A stretch of 64,000 bases of DNA from Balanoglossus misakiensis (GCA_040954595.2 CM082593.2:8344043-8408042), one strand, 5' to 3'; numbered from the stretch's first letter, positions 13,007-24,510 are shown. Translations and numbers: made by a program. The notes: generated by a model not told the origin, from the sequence alone.

Positions 13007-13140
13007 GTGAGTCTGACAGTGACTTATGTTTCTCTGATAGCGGCTGTTTTAACATGTTTGTGTGAATTTTTAGGACCTCTTTGGTATATTCTTTAACCAT
13101 TCTCAGTGTAGCAAACATACAAAGTAGATCTGGTACAATC

Positions 13141-13263
13141 TACTGTAAAACAGGAAATTTGTTTACGAAACATTTTTACGAAATTTTTTATTTTCACGTT
13201 TTTGGGGGCTCTCGCTTAGTTCGTGAAAATTTATCGTTCGCGAAAATTTCCCGTTTTACAGTA
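13141..13263. mobile_element. MITE family A, short copy
   Basis: tactgtaaaacaggaaattt...aaatttcccgttttacagta. Confidence 0.75.
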
Positions 13264-13428
13264 TTTATGCCTTTTTTTTCCCCCACTGAAATATTGTTCA
13301 AGTGAATCCATTACTTTTATATGAAGCTGATAAAGTATACTCTTGTCACTAGTAAGAGTATACTTGTGGATCCTTTTCTGCAGAGTGAAGAATTGACTCT
13401 CAAATTTCTTTTGTTTCTTAATTTACAG

Positions 13429-13577
13429 GCTTCATCGTCGATCACACTGGCAGTTATGCTTACTCTTTCTACTTAGCTGGTTCTTTGATGATTTTAAGTG
13501 GATTGGGACTTTTGGCTGCAGCTGGTCTTGCAAGAAAATGTGATTGCATGTTGGCGAGTCACAGCACTGATTCCTGA
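13429..13577 (+). CDS. SLC16-like transporter, last coding exon
   Basis: Not in the ORF track. Translates GFIVDHTGSYAYSFYLAG...TDS-stop. The spliced CDS is 1398 nt (465 aa) and in frame throughout. Confidence 0.9.
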
Positions 13578-13639
13578 TGAGGTGTGTTTCAAATCATGAT
13601 ATTGCCTCTCTGTCATCTGCTGTTTACTAGTATTTCAAT

Positions 13640-13985
13640 AGGGACAAAGTCTCTCTCTCGCTGCCCTTTTTTCCATTAATTATGTTTGATACAAGACACC
13701 GTTTATGTTTAACATGTGGATATATAGTGAATCAAGGTTTGACCACTCACAACTTCCATCCTGTTTGTAGGATATGAGAGTAATAATCTCGCCAAAATGA
13801 ATAAACGGTAAACATCGATTATTCATTTTGGTGAGTTTTTTCACTCTCGTGTCTACAAGTGGGATGGAAGTTGTGTGTGGTTGAATGTTGATTCACTATA
13901 TATCCACATGTAGAATAACATAAACAGTGTCTTGTATCAAACATAATTAATGGAAAAAGGGCAGCGAGAGAGAGACTTTGTTCCA
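13640..13985. mobile_element. MITE family B copy just downstream of the SLC16 stop codon
   Basis: Same palindromic sequence as 11660-12007. It starts about 60 nt after the TGA. Confidence 0.85.
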
Positions 13986-16881
13986 TTAAGTAAGCATTGT
14001 TTATTTTAACTGAGAGTACTGTACAACAAGGAATTTACAGAAATATATTTAGTTTATGTAACTTTCACAGAAGTCAAATCTAAAGATATTTTATATATTT
14101 AAATTGAAACATATAGCCTCCTCCATTCTATAGAGAGGGAAATTTCACATTGTTTCATAGAACTAACAAATTTTGGTTTCTATGCAATTTACAATACTCC
14201 TGACCTGACAGAGTTGTTGTTTTTATATTTGCAGAATAATTTAATTTTGATAATACAAGAAATGAGTTGTACAGAAGTTTTGTCCATTCCTACAAATCTG
14301 GGAAAACGGGTCATTTACATGAATTATACTAAAACATAATTATCAGATCTTCTGCAGATGTATTGTTTTGATCTAATAATTGGATTTATTAGATTTGCAA
14401 TATGGATTTAACTCCACTCTGGGTTACCAAAATATATGTCAGGATTTTTTCTTAACAGACATTCAGGTAAGATTTAATATTTAATTTACACATGAAATGA
14501 TTTTCAGTATCTTGTACTCAGGTGTAAAGCCCTGGAATAGAATTCCAATTATTTTATTATATATGCTGTATTTCTTATTTTTTAGCCAATTATATGTCGA
14601 TATTCTTCTGAGAAGTGAACATTTTGACCTAGTTTCTTAGTCAAGGTTAACTATAAAAACTGGGAATGGACTCAAAGAGTAATTGCTTTATGTTCATACA
14701 CAGGGATCTCTTCCTCCTTGTTTGGTAGTTGTGTTTGTTATGATTTTATCAAATAGAGAATCAGCTTAGAGCTGTTTTGTTTTTATATTTGTTTATAACA
14801 AGCAGTGTTTGTTTGTTTATAAATTTGTTCTTCAGATTATATTTGTGTATTGACAGTTATATTCAACAAATTATATTTTATAAAGAAATCAAACCCATGC
14901 TTTGTTGTATGGAGTAAGTTCTAAATCCTCAATCACTGGATATATTTAAATAAGAACACATTATATCGAGGGCAACATCACAATTTGAAGCCTGAATGAG
15001 GGAGGGTGATCTCTGACTGTATTATTGATGATTCCTTCCACTATGTTTTGTACTTTTTTATTGGAGGCCAACAGTACTGCAATAAACTACATTATTATTA
15101 TAAGCTCTTTGTTCCATTTTGTCCATGTGTGTCTGCATTCTAGGTGTGATAGAATATGCTTGAACTGAGAACGCTTGCCTACTGTTTATACTTTTAAAAA
15201 GACTCTAATTTATCTCAGCACTTTGGTATTCAGATACAAGTAGTAAGTGTGTGAAATGAGTTAATTCTCAATTTGTAGGTCGCTGTCGATCACCTGCATT
15301 TCATCCAAGTCTGCCTGCCATTGTTTACAAATCCTTGTCATAAAAAACATCCTGTTTTAGAAGACTGGCATGTGGAGTGTGAATTCTGGCTGCATTCAAT
15401 AGGTTTTTACTTTGTGCTAGGGGGTTAAAATTATAATCATTGCATTCTGGGTAAAAGGTCGACAACTCCCTGTCGTACGAGTTAGAAGAATTTATATGTT
15501 TACTGTTTTTCATAACTTCCTTTGGGCAAGCATTTGTTTTTGAAGTTAGCATATTAAACTCATTAAACTTTTTTACATTTTTATTCCCTGAGTTTCAGAA
15601 AGACCCAGTTTCACATAAGCTTATGAACTTCTATTTTTCTAACATGGCAAAAATCGGCCATCTTGAAATGTGTCAACCATACGAGATTTTTATCACTCAC
15701 CTAGGTAGCAAAATCTATTTATTCTTCTGCAGCCATGACCATGTCTTCTTCACAATGATTACAAGTGACTACATTTGCAGTTTAACAACATTATTTGGAA
15801 TAATTCATGCCTATGTATGGCTTAGGTATGTTATATGGCATAATACTAAAAGCTATTGTGTGCAAGGATTTACCAAAGAGCAAATTTCTATGAAGAAATG
15901 TCCACTGAAACTTGAATATTTTTTCTAAAAAGAAACTTTATTTTAAATTGTTTGTAGTGGTGTGTAGCATTATAGTTTTTCTCTGAAAATAAAACAATAG
16001 ACATCGCTTGGGAAATCAATCCCTAGATGAGTAAATATTAAAAAAATTGTCTATACTATTTTGTCCAACATCTTAAGAGTTGTAATTTTCTCATTTTGCA
16101 TCACAATCACTTCCGAGTGAGTGCAATGAGACATGAACATTCAACAAGACATTGCTTCAGTGAACAATCCGTCTATTTCAATGTAACACATTCAAATTTT
16201 TTTCAACGCATGTAATGACAGGAAATCACTATTGCAAAGAAGAACCACTGTCCACACGAAATGTCCAGATATGATCATATAATTTACTTCGAAAAAGCAC
16301 ACATAAGCAAAGACAAACGATTATGTACAAAGTATATATATACAAACAAAATGAAAACTTTCTCTGCGGTTTGACCTCTATATGCAAAATTCAGGCTTAT
16401 ATGCAAAATAAGTGAAAACATATGCAAATATAAAGTAAAATATGCAAATGCGACTCAGAGTATATCAATGTCCTTTTTTCCATTTTCAAATGGCCAACTT
16501 GATGTCATATTGGGCTTGTTCTATTAATTGTTTTAATTCTTTTTTTTTCCATTGTTCAATAGCTCAGGTTAAGTTATTGGAGAGATACAGGATTGCCCCC
16601 ACCTTTTGCACTTCAATAGACTTTATAAGTTCCTTGAGGCCTGCTGTTACTGGTCAAGCTTTGCCTAAAATCTGTGTTGTGGTCAGCCACTGAGATCAGA
16701 AATGCTTTGAGAAATGTCTGATTGATTATCCCAGCCTTAAATGTTCATACATATTCTTAGGTTGGAGCTCAGAGCCAGGTCTGACTTCTGTATATTGCTT
16801 TGCCTGTTCAGGCACATGATTTGTTTGTTTTGCAGTCTCATCAAATTGTAGGTGTCACCTGGAGGTGTTTCCATGTATGAC

Positions 16882-17004
16882 TCAGTCCTGTGAGATTTCA
16901 TGAGCGATGTCTGCCATTTGACTGTCAATCAATGCTGTTTCCAGTGTTGGTACATCAGCTGCTGCACCTTCCCTGTGCATCCATTCTTGTAACATGGCAT
17001 AAAC
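16882..17004 (-). CDS. EF-hand/death domain protein, last exon (death domain, C-terminal half)
   Basis: AAG acceptor. Translates VYAMLQEWMHREGAAADVPTLETALIDSQMADIAHEISQD-stop. The spliced CDS is 1008 nt (335 aa) with no frameshift. Confidence 0.87.
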   Translation of the reverse strand, partial: VYAMLQEWMHREGAAADVPTLETALIDSQMADIAHEISQD

Positions 17005-17495
17005 CTTGAGGAAAACCAAAAAGACAATTAAGGCTCTGCTTCTAGAAATGTTGCACCAATCACATTAACGGGACAAATTGTAAGCTTATTTGTCACATTT
17101 GTAGCAAGATTCTTGGCCACAAACCAGGGTGTTCAAACAAATTGCACGATGTATAGAAAAACATGAAACCGCAACCATTTTAATAAATTACCTGCACTTG
17201 ACTATATTTACGCGACCTTTTTTTTTTGGCTCGCGCGTATTTTGCGAGAATTTTATTGCTCGCGAAAATAACCCATTTTTGCAGTATGCAGCTTTAATGA
17301 CAATGAGTACGGCATACAAGAGGGACAGAATAACTAAATCACTTCATGTGATTTCAATCAGATACTCAGACAGAAGACAGGTAAACAGAGACCAAGATTT
17401 CCATCGAACAAGAACACATAGACACTTTGGAGAAGAGGAGCAAGGTGATAGCAGTATCTTCCAAGAATCGGAAAGAAAAAACTCAAAACACGTAC

Positions 17496-17654
17496 CTGTT
17501 CGTGGTCTTTTCTAGGATATCTCTGCGCCAACTCATTCATATCCTCACTAGTAAAGCCTAGTCGATTGGCAAAGACATACCAATCTCTAGCACTGGCTCT
17601 GGTGGCTATAGTGTCCATGATGTCACTCGTAATAGCAATACGTCTTCGCGGTGA
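17496..17654 (-). CDS. EF-hand/death domain protein, exon 6 (death domain, N-terminal half)
   Basis: CAG/GTACGT boundaries. DWYVFANRLGFTSEDMNEL fits the death-domain W-x-x-(L/F)-A-x-x-LG pattern. Confidence 0.87.
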
Positions 17655-17805
17655 CTGTAGCAATTACAATCAAGAGAGAAAAGTCAATCGTTGGGAAAGG
17701 TGTATATGCAAGTTTGTAAAAGTGTGTTGAGAATAAAATAATTTCACATGAATGGTCTTCTGTGAGTGAGAAGTCGTTGAGAGATGGAAAGTAGAACAAC
17801 CTTAA

Positions 17806-17989
17806 AGGTATACAGTCACCTCTAATTTACATACGCCCATATATGGCAGAAATGGTGTATTTGAGCGGTCTAAAAAACATATGGTGGCACTCTTTTTTCG
17901 CGTGTGCCACCCACTGAAAATCTATGATTGGCTAGATCTCAATGTGCCATGGTAACTATAGCTAATTTTCCATTGGTGACCGTATACCT
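17806..17989. mobile_element. TTAA-flanked MITE family C (Kolobok/T2-like)
   Basis: TTAA-AGGTATAC(a/g)GTCACC...GGTGACCGTATACCT-TTAA. Other copies at 20329 and 39820. Confidence 0.87.
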
Positions 17990-18096
17990 TTAAAGGGACA
18001 TTAGCTGCAACTTTGTCTTTATTTTCAGTATTTTTATTCTGTGTACATAATCCATCTAAAATTACGGATGATACTTGGAACAGTGACTGTACTTAC

Positions 18097-18390
18097 TGGT
18101 TGTTGTAAGCTTGGTGGCTTTGAGTCCAGATGTTGTTCTGGTGGCGTTTGTCTGGGAGTGGGTCTGGGAGCAGGCTTTGGTCTCGGCCGTCGCTCAGATT
18201 TCTTCGAGTCCTGGCTTTTCTTGTCTCCATCTTGGATTTGTTGTGGAACAATCGAGAATGACAAGCATGCCTGTAGTTTAGTGTATGGCAGACCTTTCAG
18301 CCAATAAATGAACTGATCTTCATCAATGTATCCTTGCTGTTTTGTGTCGATTTCTGCCATCAAGACCTTGACATTGCCAGCAATTGTTTC
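18097..18390 (-). CDS. EF-hand/death domain protein, exon 5 (EF4 and Pro/Lys/Arg-rich linker)
   Basis: CAG/GTAAGT boundaries. MAEIDTKQQGYIDEDQFIYWL is an EF-hand, followed by RPRPKPAPRPTP. Confidence 0.87.
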
Positions 18391-18420
18391 CTGAAATGAA
18401 GAAATGACTCAAGATAAAGA

Positions 18421-18597
18421 TACTGTAAACCGGGAAATTTTCGCGACAGGAAATTTTCTCAATATCATAAGAGGCAACGATTAAAGTTCGCATTCTCATA
18501 TTTCACTTAACTGCATCGTTATCGCCGAAAAACATTTTACACCAACTTTTTATTTTTGGCTCTCGCCAAGTTCACGAAAATTTCTCGTTTTACAGTA
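18421..18597. mobile_element. MITE family A
   Basis: tactgtaaaccgggaaatttt...aaaatttctcgttttacagta. Confidence 0.8.
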
Positions 18598-18727
18598 GAC
18601 TTATCGAATTATCGCATGATTCCAGAGACAATCAAGACAAGTTTTAAAGTCCCACACTGCACAGGACTACTCCACTGATAATAGGTTATAAAATATGGTA
18701 TCAGATACATTAGAATTGATATATTAC

Positions 18728-18816
18728 CTGGTTTTCATCATCATATACACTTGATAATATTCTTGTAAGAGCCACTTTATCAATGACATCATTGTTATTC
18801 AAACTCTTGAAGAGGG
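18728..18816 (-). CDS. EF-hand/death domain protein, exon 4
   Basis: CAG/GTAATA boundaries. Translates ALFKSLNNNDVIDKVALTRILSSVYDDENQ. Phases fit. Confidence 0.82.
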
Positions 18817-20137
18817 CTGTAATTGAAAATCAGATGGATAAAAAAAAATCTCTTATGGTGAAGCGAAACATTTCAGGGTCCTATATTTATGTTCAAATAA
18901 TTAAAAATGTACTGTTTGTAGTCAAATACCAAGAGATAGTTTCAGGGTGATAGAAGTTCTTTTTGAGCTCTGCTGCAGCAGCACATAGGTTTTGCAAAGT
19001 CATATCAAAATATGTCCCATCCAATGAGGATTATGTTTCTAGAATATCTGTGTGAAATTTCTTCGGCAAATTCCAATCTCGATCACGTTGATCACAAAAA
19101 ATCTATTCTCTTCCAAATTAACTAAACGGAATTTGCAGGAGATATTTCACAGAATCATTTCCTCATTGGCTGGGGCATATTTTAGCTAAATACTTTCAAC
19201 TGTGAAGTAGTTACAGGGCGCGACAAGTTTCTGCCCAAAGCGCCCTCGTGTGACCATTTGGTGCCATTTTGGTGGTCCACTGTATGTTTCCCAGAGTCAA
19301 GTGTGGGATTCATTTGTCAACTGTTTTTGATATTCAACAGGCCGTTTTCAAGTCCCCACTTCACACCCACCCCTCAATTAGTGCCTGAAGTATATGGGTA
19401 CTACCGTTCTTACTTTTGGATGTCCATCTTTCCATTTGTTACTATGACAGACAGAATTGTATTTTAAAGCCCACTGAATGTACAACGATGTTAGTCAGGG
19501 CTTGCATTTGAAATTCTATTTTTTATATGCAGTGCACACAAAAAGCCCCAAAAATTTGTGTGAAATTGTATTTGAATTACGTGCAATAAAGTAACAATCG
19601 ACAAGCAGGCTTTTAGATAAGGAACAACTTGAATGACACAAAAAATGAACTTACAATTTAGCAAATGAAGTACAGAAACATCATGAAAGAGATGGCGTTC
19701 TCCCCCCCCCCCCTCCACTACGCATTAGAACAGACAAGGTAGCGAATTCTTGTGTTATCTTCAAGGAAAATGACCGGGAAGCCCTACTTGCTTTGTTATA
19801 TCTAATGGTTTCTGCGTGCATAAATTATAGCGCCGACACATGCTAAGTTTGTGGCCTAGGTTACCGCACATACATCAATGTGCGTCCTGCTACAGCATAC
19901 AAGCGCGCGTACGCATACAGGGCGCCCGACCGACCAACCTTGACAAGGCGCCCCAGGCATCCTTGCTCGTTCTGTTATCTTTCAATGGATTTTTTTTTGC
20001 GCGCATGTCACGCAACTGTGACAAACTATTTTCACGCACCCATTGTGGTTTTGCGTGAACCTGAGCCCTGGTTAGTATAGTGTAATGGTGATTAACTTTG
20101 CCGCATTCAGTCCAGCTTATGATTATTGTGGATCAGA

Positions 20138-20190
20138 AAGAGAGAGTGAGAGAGACAGACAGAGAGAGAGAGAGAGAGAGACAGAGAGAG
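20138..20190. repeat. (GA)n/(GACA)n microsatellite
   Basis: Direct reading of the sequence. Confidence 0.85.
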
Positions 20191-20328
20191 GGGAATACAG
20201 AACCCACTGTTACCTTAGAGATGAATGTATTCATGACGTCTCCACACACACCACTTTAACTTCACACATGAATTTTCTATGATATGAGATAACATGCATG
20301 GTGTTGACAGAAAGACACATTCCCTTAA

Positions 20329-20518
20329 AGGTATACGGTCACCTCCAATTTACATATGCCCATATATGGCTGATATGGTGTCTATGAGTGTTCTAAAGGA
20401 CATATGGTGGCGCTCTTTTTTCGCATGTGCCACCCACTGAAAATGTGTGATTGGCTAGATCTCATTTTGCCATGGTACATGTAACTGTAGCTATATTTGC
20501 ATAGGTGACCGTATACCT
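20329..20518. mobile_element. MITE family C
   Basis: Same TIRs and internal sequence as 17806-17989, with TTAA on both sides. Confidence 0.87.
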
Positions 20519-20543
20519 TTAACAGTCAGACTGAAAAGCTTAA

Positions 20544-20900
20544 AGGGACTTTAGCTGTAACTTTTGGCTTTATTTTGAGTTTTTTTGTTCTGGGTATCCA
20601 ATGCAATGTCTTGTTCTACTCCAAACAGCATGCTATTGTATACCAAATACTCTGTTTGTCAACATAGCCTGTATGTGTGTAACGGTCATTGTTATTGTTG
20701 AAAAATGAATTCTACTGAATTCGAATTTCGTACAATAACAATTCTCAGCTGACTATACACATATACCGTGTATGTTGTGTTAAATAAGCTGGATACTGGG
20801 CATTTCATCTTGCTTCCGGGATTTGAACAAGAAACTGCAGTAGCTAATCCACAAAACGAAAATACTGAAAACAGCAAAAAGTTACAGCAAATGGAGCTCT
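20544..20900. mobile_element. TTAA-AGGG MITE family D
   Basis: ttaaagggactttagctgtaactttt...aaaagttacagcaaat. A truncated copy begins at 17994. Confidence 0.65.
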
Positions 20901-21170
20901 AATTAATGAAAGGAGAGGGTACCACAAGTATTTAATCTTTCATTTTTCATGTATAATTTTCGTGATAACATTTGTAAGAAATGTGTCACAAACAAGCAAA
21001 GTGTAATTTTCTCACATGTAGTTATGACACTGTTATCACAAACTAGAATCATTCAATGATTGTTATAGAAATATGCAATACAGGTAACATTTGTATTTGG
21101 ACCTCATCACCTATTCAGGCAAATACTTGAGTACAGCTGCCTATAAAAACCAACAGAATTTTTGGCTTAC

Positions 21171-21276
21171 CTCGCGTTTTGTTATCAATATTTGCATTTT
21201 CAAACCATTTAGCAGCATTACAGTAAGTCTGAAAAGTGATACCTTGCACGTCGTTCCGGGGTAAGTGATGTAGTAT
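21171..21276 (-). CDS. EF-hand/death domain protein, exon 3
   Basis: TAG/GTAAGC boundaries. Translates ILHHLPRNDVQGITFQTYCNAAKWFENANIDNKTR. Phases fit. Confidence 0.82.
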
Positions 21277-21557
21277 CTAATGAAATCAATAAAAAAACAC
21301 CATTAAAAACTATTAACTTCAAAGTTGTTCACAGATCTGATCTGTGAACAACTTTTTTTTAAAATTGTGGGAAATTTTCGACTGTACTGATATTTCTTTA
21401 ATTTTTGACCATTTTGTCATAAATGTGTGTTATCTCGATATACTATTAGGCGATATCATTTAATAAACAGAATTAAAAGCAAATGAGATTACAACGTATT
21501 TAAAGCTTAATTTTTTTTGTATCCAGTGGAAGCTCATCCTTTTTTAACAGTATACAT

Positions 21558-21664
21558 GTCTGTAACCCGAGGGATTGTGAGTCACCCCTCAAAACAGACT
21601 GTTACCACAGGCCGAGGGAAACAGTCTGTATTATGGTGACTCACAGTCCCGAGGGGTAACAGAC
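21558..21664. repeat. Imperfect palindrome with CGAG/CGAG mismatches (same architecture as 9884 and 11348, opposite orientation)
   Basis: gtctgtaacccgagggattgtgagtcacc...ggtgactcacagtcccgaggggtaacagac. Confidence 0.8.
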
Positions 21665-21889
21665 GTATGCTGTTGCCTGAAAAGCCAGTCAATATTTGTT
21701 TTGTAACACACCTCATCCACAGCCATGCATGAGAACTCACCATACACAAAGTGAGCGGGCATCATTTTTCGGAACTGATGCCCAGCAGGCAACAGCACAA
21801 AAAGAACGCACACCATGTGACTATCAATTAATGAATGAGAACACAGTTTGCGGATGAGGTGTGTTACAATACAATCTGGTACATCTCAC

Positions 21890-22017
21890 CTTTTTTAGGA
21901 TTTCATCCTTGGTTACACGTGACTGTGCAAGTCTCTCCTGGGTAAGAATTCCATCACTGTTGTTGTTAGACAGCAAACAGAATCTCTTCCATAACCTTTC
22001 TACTTCAACCACTGGCA
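21890..22017 (-). CDS. EF-hand/death domain protein, exon 2
   Basis: TAG/GTGAGA boundaries. EVERLWKRFCLLSNNNSDGILTQERL resembles calcineurin B EF1 (EIKRLGKRF...). Confidence 0.85.
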
Positions 22018-22525
22018 CTACAGAAAAATCAGCACACTTTTGATGGAATATGTTCTGCTTGGAGTTAAGAGTGAAATCACAATCACATATATAACTGTTG
22101 ACTGCAATCCTTGGATGAACATTATCATGGAGACTGAACTGCAAGTCAATGCAGAATTCAAATCATTTGAAATGATCAACAATTGTGCAAATGTATAGAC
22201 CATATGCACAAACCAGAATTATATCATATCAAGCTACCGTCCAACATTCTGATTGTACGAGAGCTCAATCCAGCGATGGTAAATACTGTTTTACCACGGC
22301 TGGCAGTGGTAAAACGGGCCCCTGAACGAGCATGCAGCGGGGAAAATGTGCGGTTAAACCAAAAGAGTCAGCAATCTCTGCCTTTTAACCTCAAAATAAC
22401 AATAACAAAATTGTTATACTCTTGCTGTTGTAATCTTCTTTGTTTTGTAGTTTTGCTTTAAGATCTGGTTGCACTCCACTGTCAGAAGTGTGAACATACT
22501 TTGAGTACTGACAACGAGTACTTAC

Positions 22526-22634
22526 GCTTTAACGTTTGTGAATGAGCGTTGATCCAATTCCTTGCAGACGGGTGAGTGACCTCCGCAACAATACTACCAT
22601 CATTGTCGTAAAAAGTACTTGACAGAGCACCCAT
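22526..22634 (-). CDS. EF-hand (calcineurin B/CHP-like) + death domain protein, coding exon 1
   Basis: Not in the ORF track. Translates MGALSSTFYDNDGSIVAEVTHPSARNWINAHSQTLK, with a G2/S6 myristoylation pattern. Phase-1 GTAAGT donor. Confidence 0.75.
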
Positions 22635-23521
22635 AGCAGATTTGAATTATATCTTCTTTGCAGAGTTGTACAACCTTCTCTTCTGGATACACCTGCTGTA
22701 AACAGACCATTTATATCAGAGTCTCAGATGAAACAACTCTTTTGTAGTACCAAGAACACTCAGCCAAGATGTTGAGATTCATTGCCTGATATACTCTGTA
22801 CATGTATATAGCTCTTTAACTTTAGCAACATGACATGATAGGGGTTTATTTACAAATTATGCATACTGCACTTTTTGCATTATTTTCATGTTTTTTACTT
22901 TACAACTTAGATTTGGCCATCTACATGTAAAAAAGCTTACTGATAGGTCAATCTGATTAAAATCAGATGTAGTGTTGGGCACCATCTTTACCTTTGCTGA
23001 TTCTTGGCTGTTCATTATTGTACAGTACTCAATAATATCATCTGTACATTTACATAAATTATTATATTATGCTGGAGAGTAGCTGCAATGACTGCTAGGT
23101 TGATGATGTGCTCGCAGCCCTACGGAATGTTTATGGCAAAGTATTACAAAGCCTAAGGTTGACCATAAATGAGCAAGGTGATGAAGCAATTGCATGTGTA
23201 ATGTGGTTATCCATGGACAACAATGTGAATAGATATAACTTAGCATGGTATATTAGCTGCAGTTCAGTAGCTCGATGTTTTTTCATGTTTGTGTGTTAGA
23301 CTGCAAAACACACACCACAGTCGCTTGAAAACTCACAGTTTTACAAGCGACTCACTGTGAATAAAGTTCCGGCATAAAAAAATAATCATAGCAGCGTCTC
23401 CAAAGCTTGTTGCTACGTTACGTACGCTTCAGTTCAAGGGGCTAACCGCGCGCTAAATAAACGGTGTAAGCAAAATTAAATTCAAAATGTGTAGTCAAGG
23501 CGCAAATTCTGCGGGATTTAC

Positions 23522-23640
23522 CTTGATATCTGTCTAACTTTCAACTCTTCATTGTGGTAAATCGAAGTTTTTCTTGGTATGGTCAATCAATCCAGCAACC
23601 TGCGGGAGTCGCCATGTTGTTTTGATCCCAGAATGCACTT
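23522..23640 (-). promoter_or_regulatory. Putative promoter and non-coding first exon of the EF-hand/death domain gene
   Basis: Minus-strand donor aag/GTAAAT at 23521. YY1-like aacATGGCGac at ~23608-23618, ZNF143/Staf-like TCCCAGAATGCA at ~23626-23637, and local CpG enrichment. Confidence 0.5.
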
Positions 23641-24000
23641 GAAACGACGTGGGGGAGCTCCTGGAGGCACGGATGCGAACTTCTGTATTCTGTCAACTTC
23701 TCTGCCATAACCTGCGTGTACACGATGCACATGTAGTCTATCATGGCTTTTTCGAGGCAAGGTCAGCAGTAGACTCTCTCACAGCCCCTCTCGCCGTCTA
23801 TGCAGCCATCACACAACATCATCAGGTGCTTCTCCTGTTCTAGTCGATGGAGGGCGTGTCAGTGTGCAACACGTAAAGCCTTGTTGCGAACCGTGGGCTT
23901 TGAGAGAGTTGTAGCCGTGGAAACCAAGCTGAACCTTATGCGCATCACCATCTTTCTGTCCTTTCCAAAGATTCTTTGTAATGTAGTCTCTCCGCATGTG

Positions 24001-24046
24001 CAAAACAAACAAACAAACAAACAAACAAACAAACAAACAAACAAAC
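24001..24046. repeat. (AAAC)n microsatellite
   Basis: Direct reading of the sequence. Confidence 0.95.
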
Positions 24047-24179
24047 AGATAGAAACAAATTCCCAAACAACATCCGACTTTGTAACAGAAACAAGAGATT
24101 AAAACCCAAAAAGAATACAGCTCGATAATGTGTATTTCGTTGCGTTTGTATAGACATATTCCATTTAAGATGAAAGCTT

Positions 24180-24510
24180 TTGACGTCGGATGTCAAATCA
24201 TTGCCGATTATCTCCATCGTGTAAAGGTTGGGACAGGAACGCTAAATTTTGGCATCATTTCGAACATTCTCAGTGATAAGACTCTCTCCGCATGCGCACA
24301 CAACAGAGAGTCCTCGAACTCTCGAAGAACTCAAAAGATCTCCGCGTGCTGTCGAACATTTTGGCCTCGATCGGAAGAAAACAAATTCCTTCTTTATTTA
24401 CTGGTTGTTTGAGATGCTCAACACAAACTCGAAGTCTGGACGAGGTTAGTCGTTGTGACGTAAAGGAAGAATCCGTAACCATGGTACCGATCAAACTGTT
24501 TACGACAGCA
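24180..24510 (+). promoter_or_regulatory. Cyclin copy 1 upstream module (repeated before copies 2 and 3)
   Basis: NRF1-like CGCATGCGCA at ~24289, CRE-like TGACGTAA at ~24456, X-box-like GTAACCATGGTAC at 24475-24487 and forkhead TGTTTAC at 24497-24503. Confidence 0.45.

Noticed and set aside
23800-24217. ORFs containing FVCL/QTNK repeats
   Set aside because: Translations of the (AAAC)n microsatellite.
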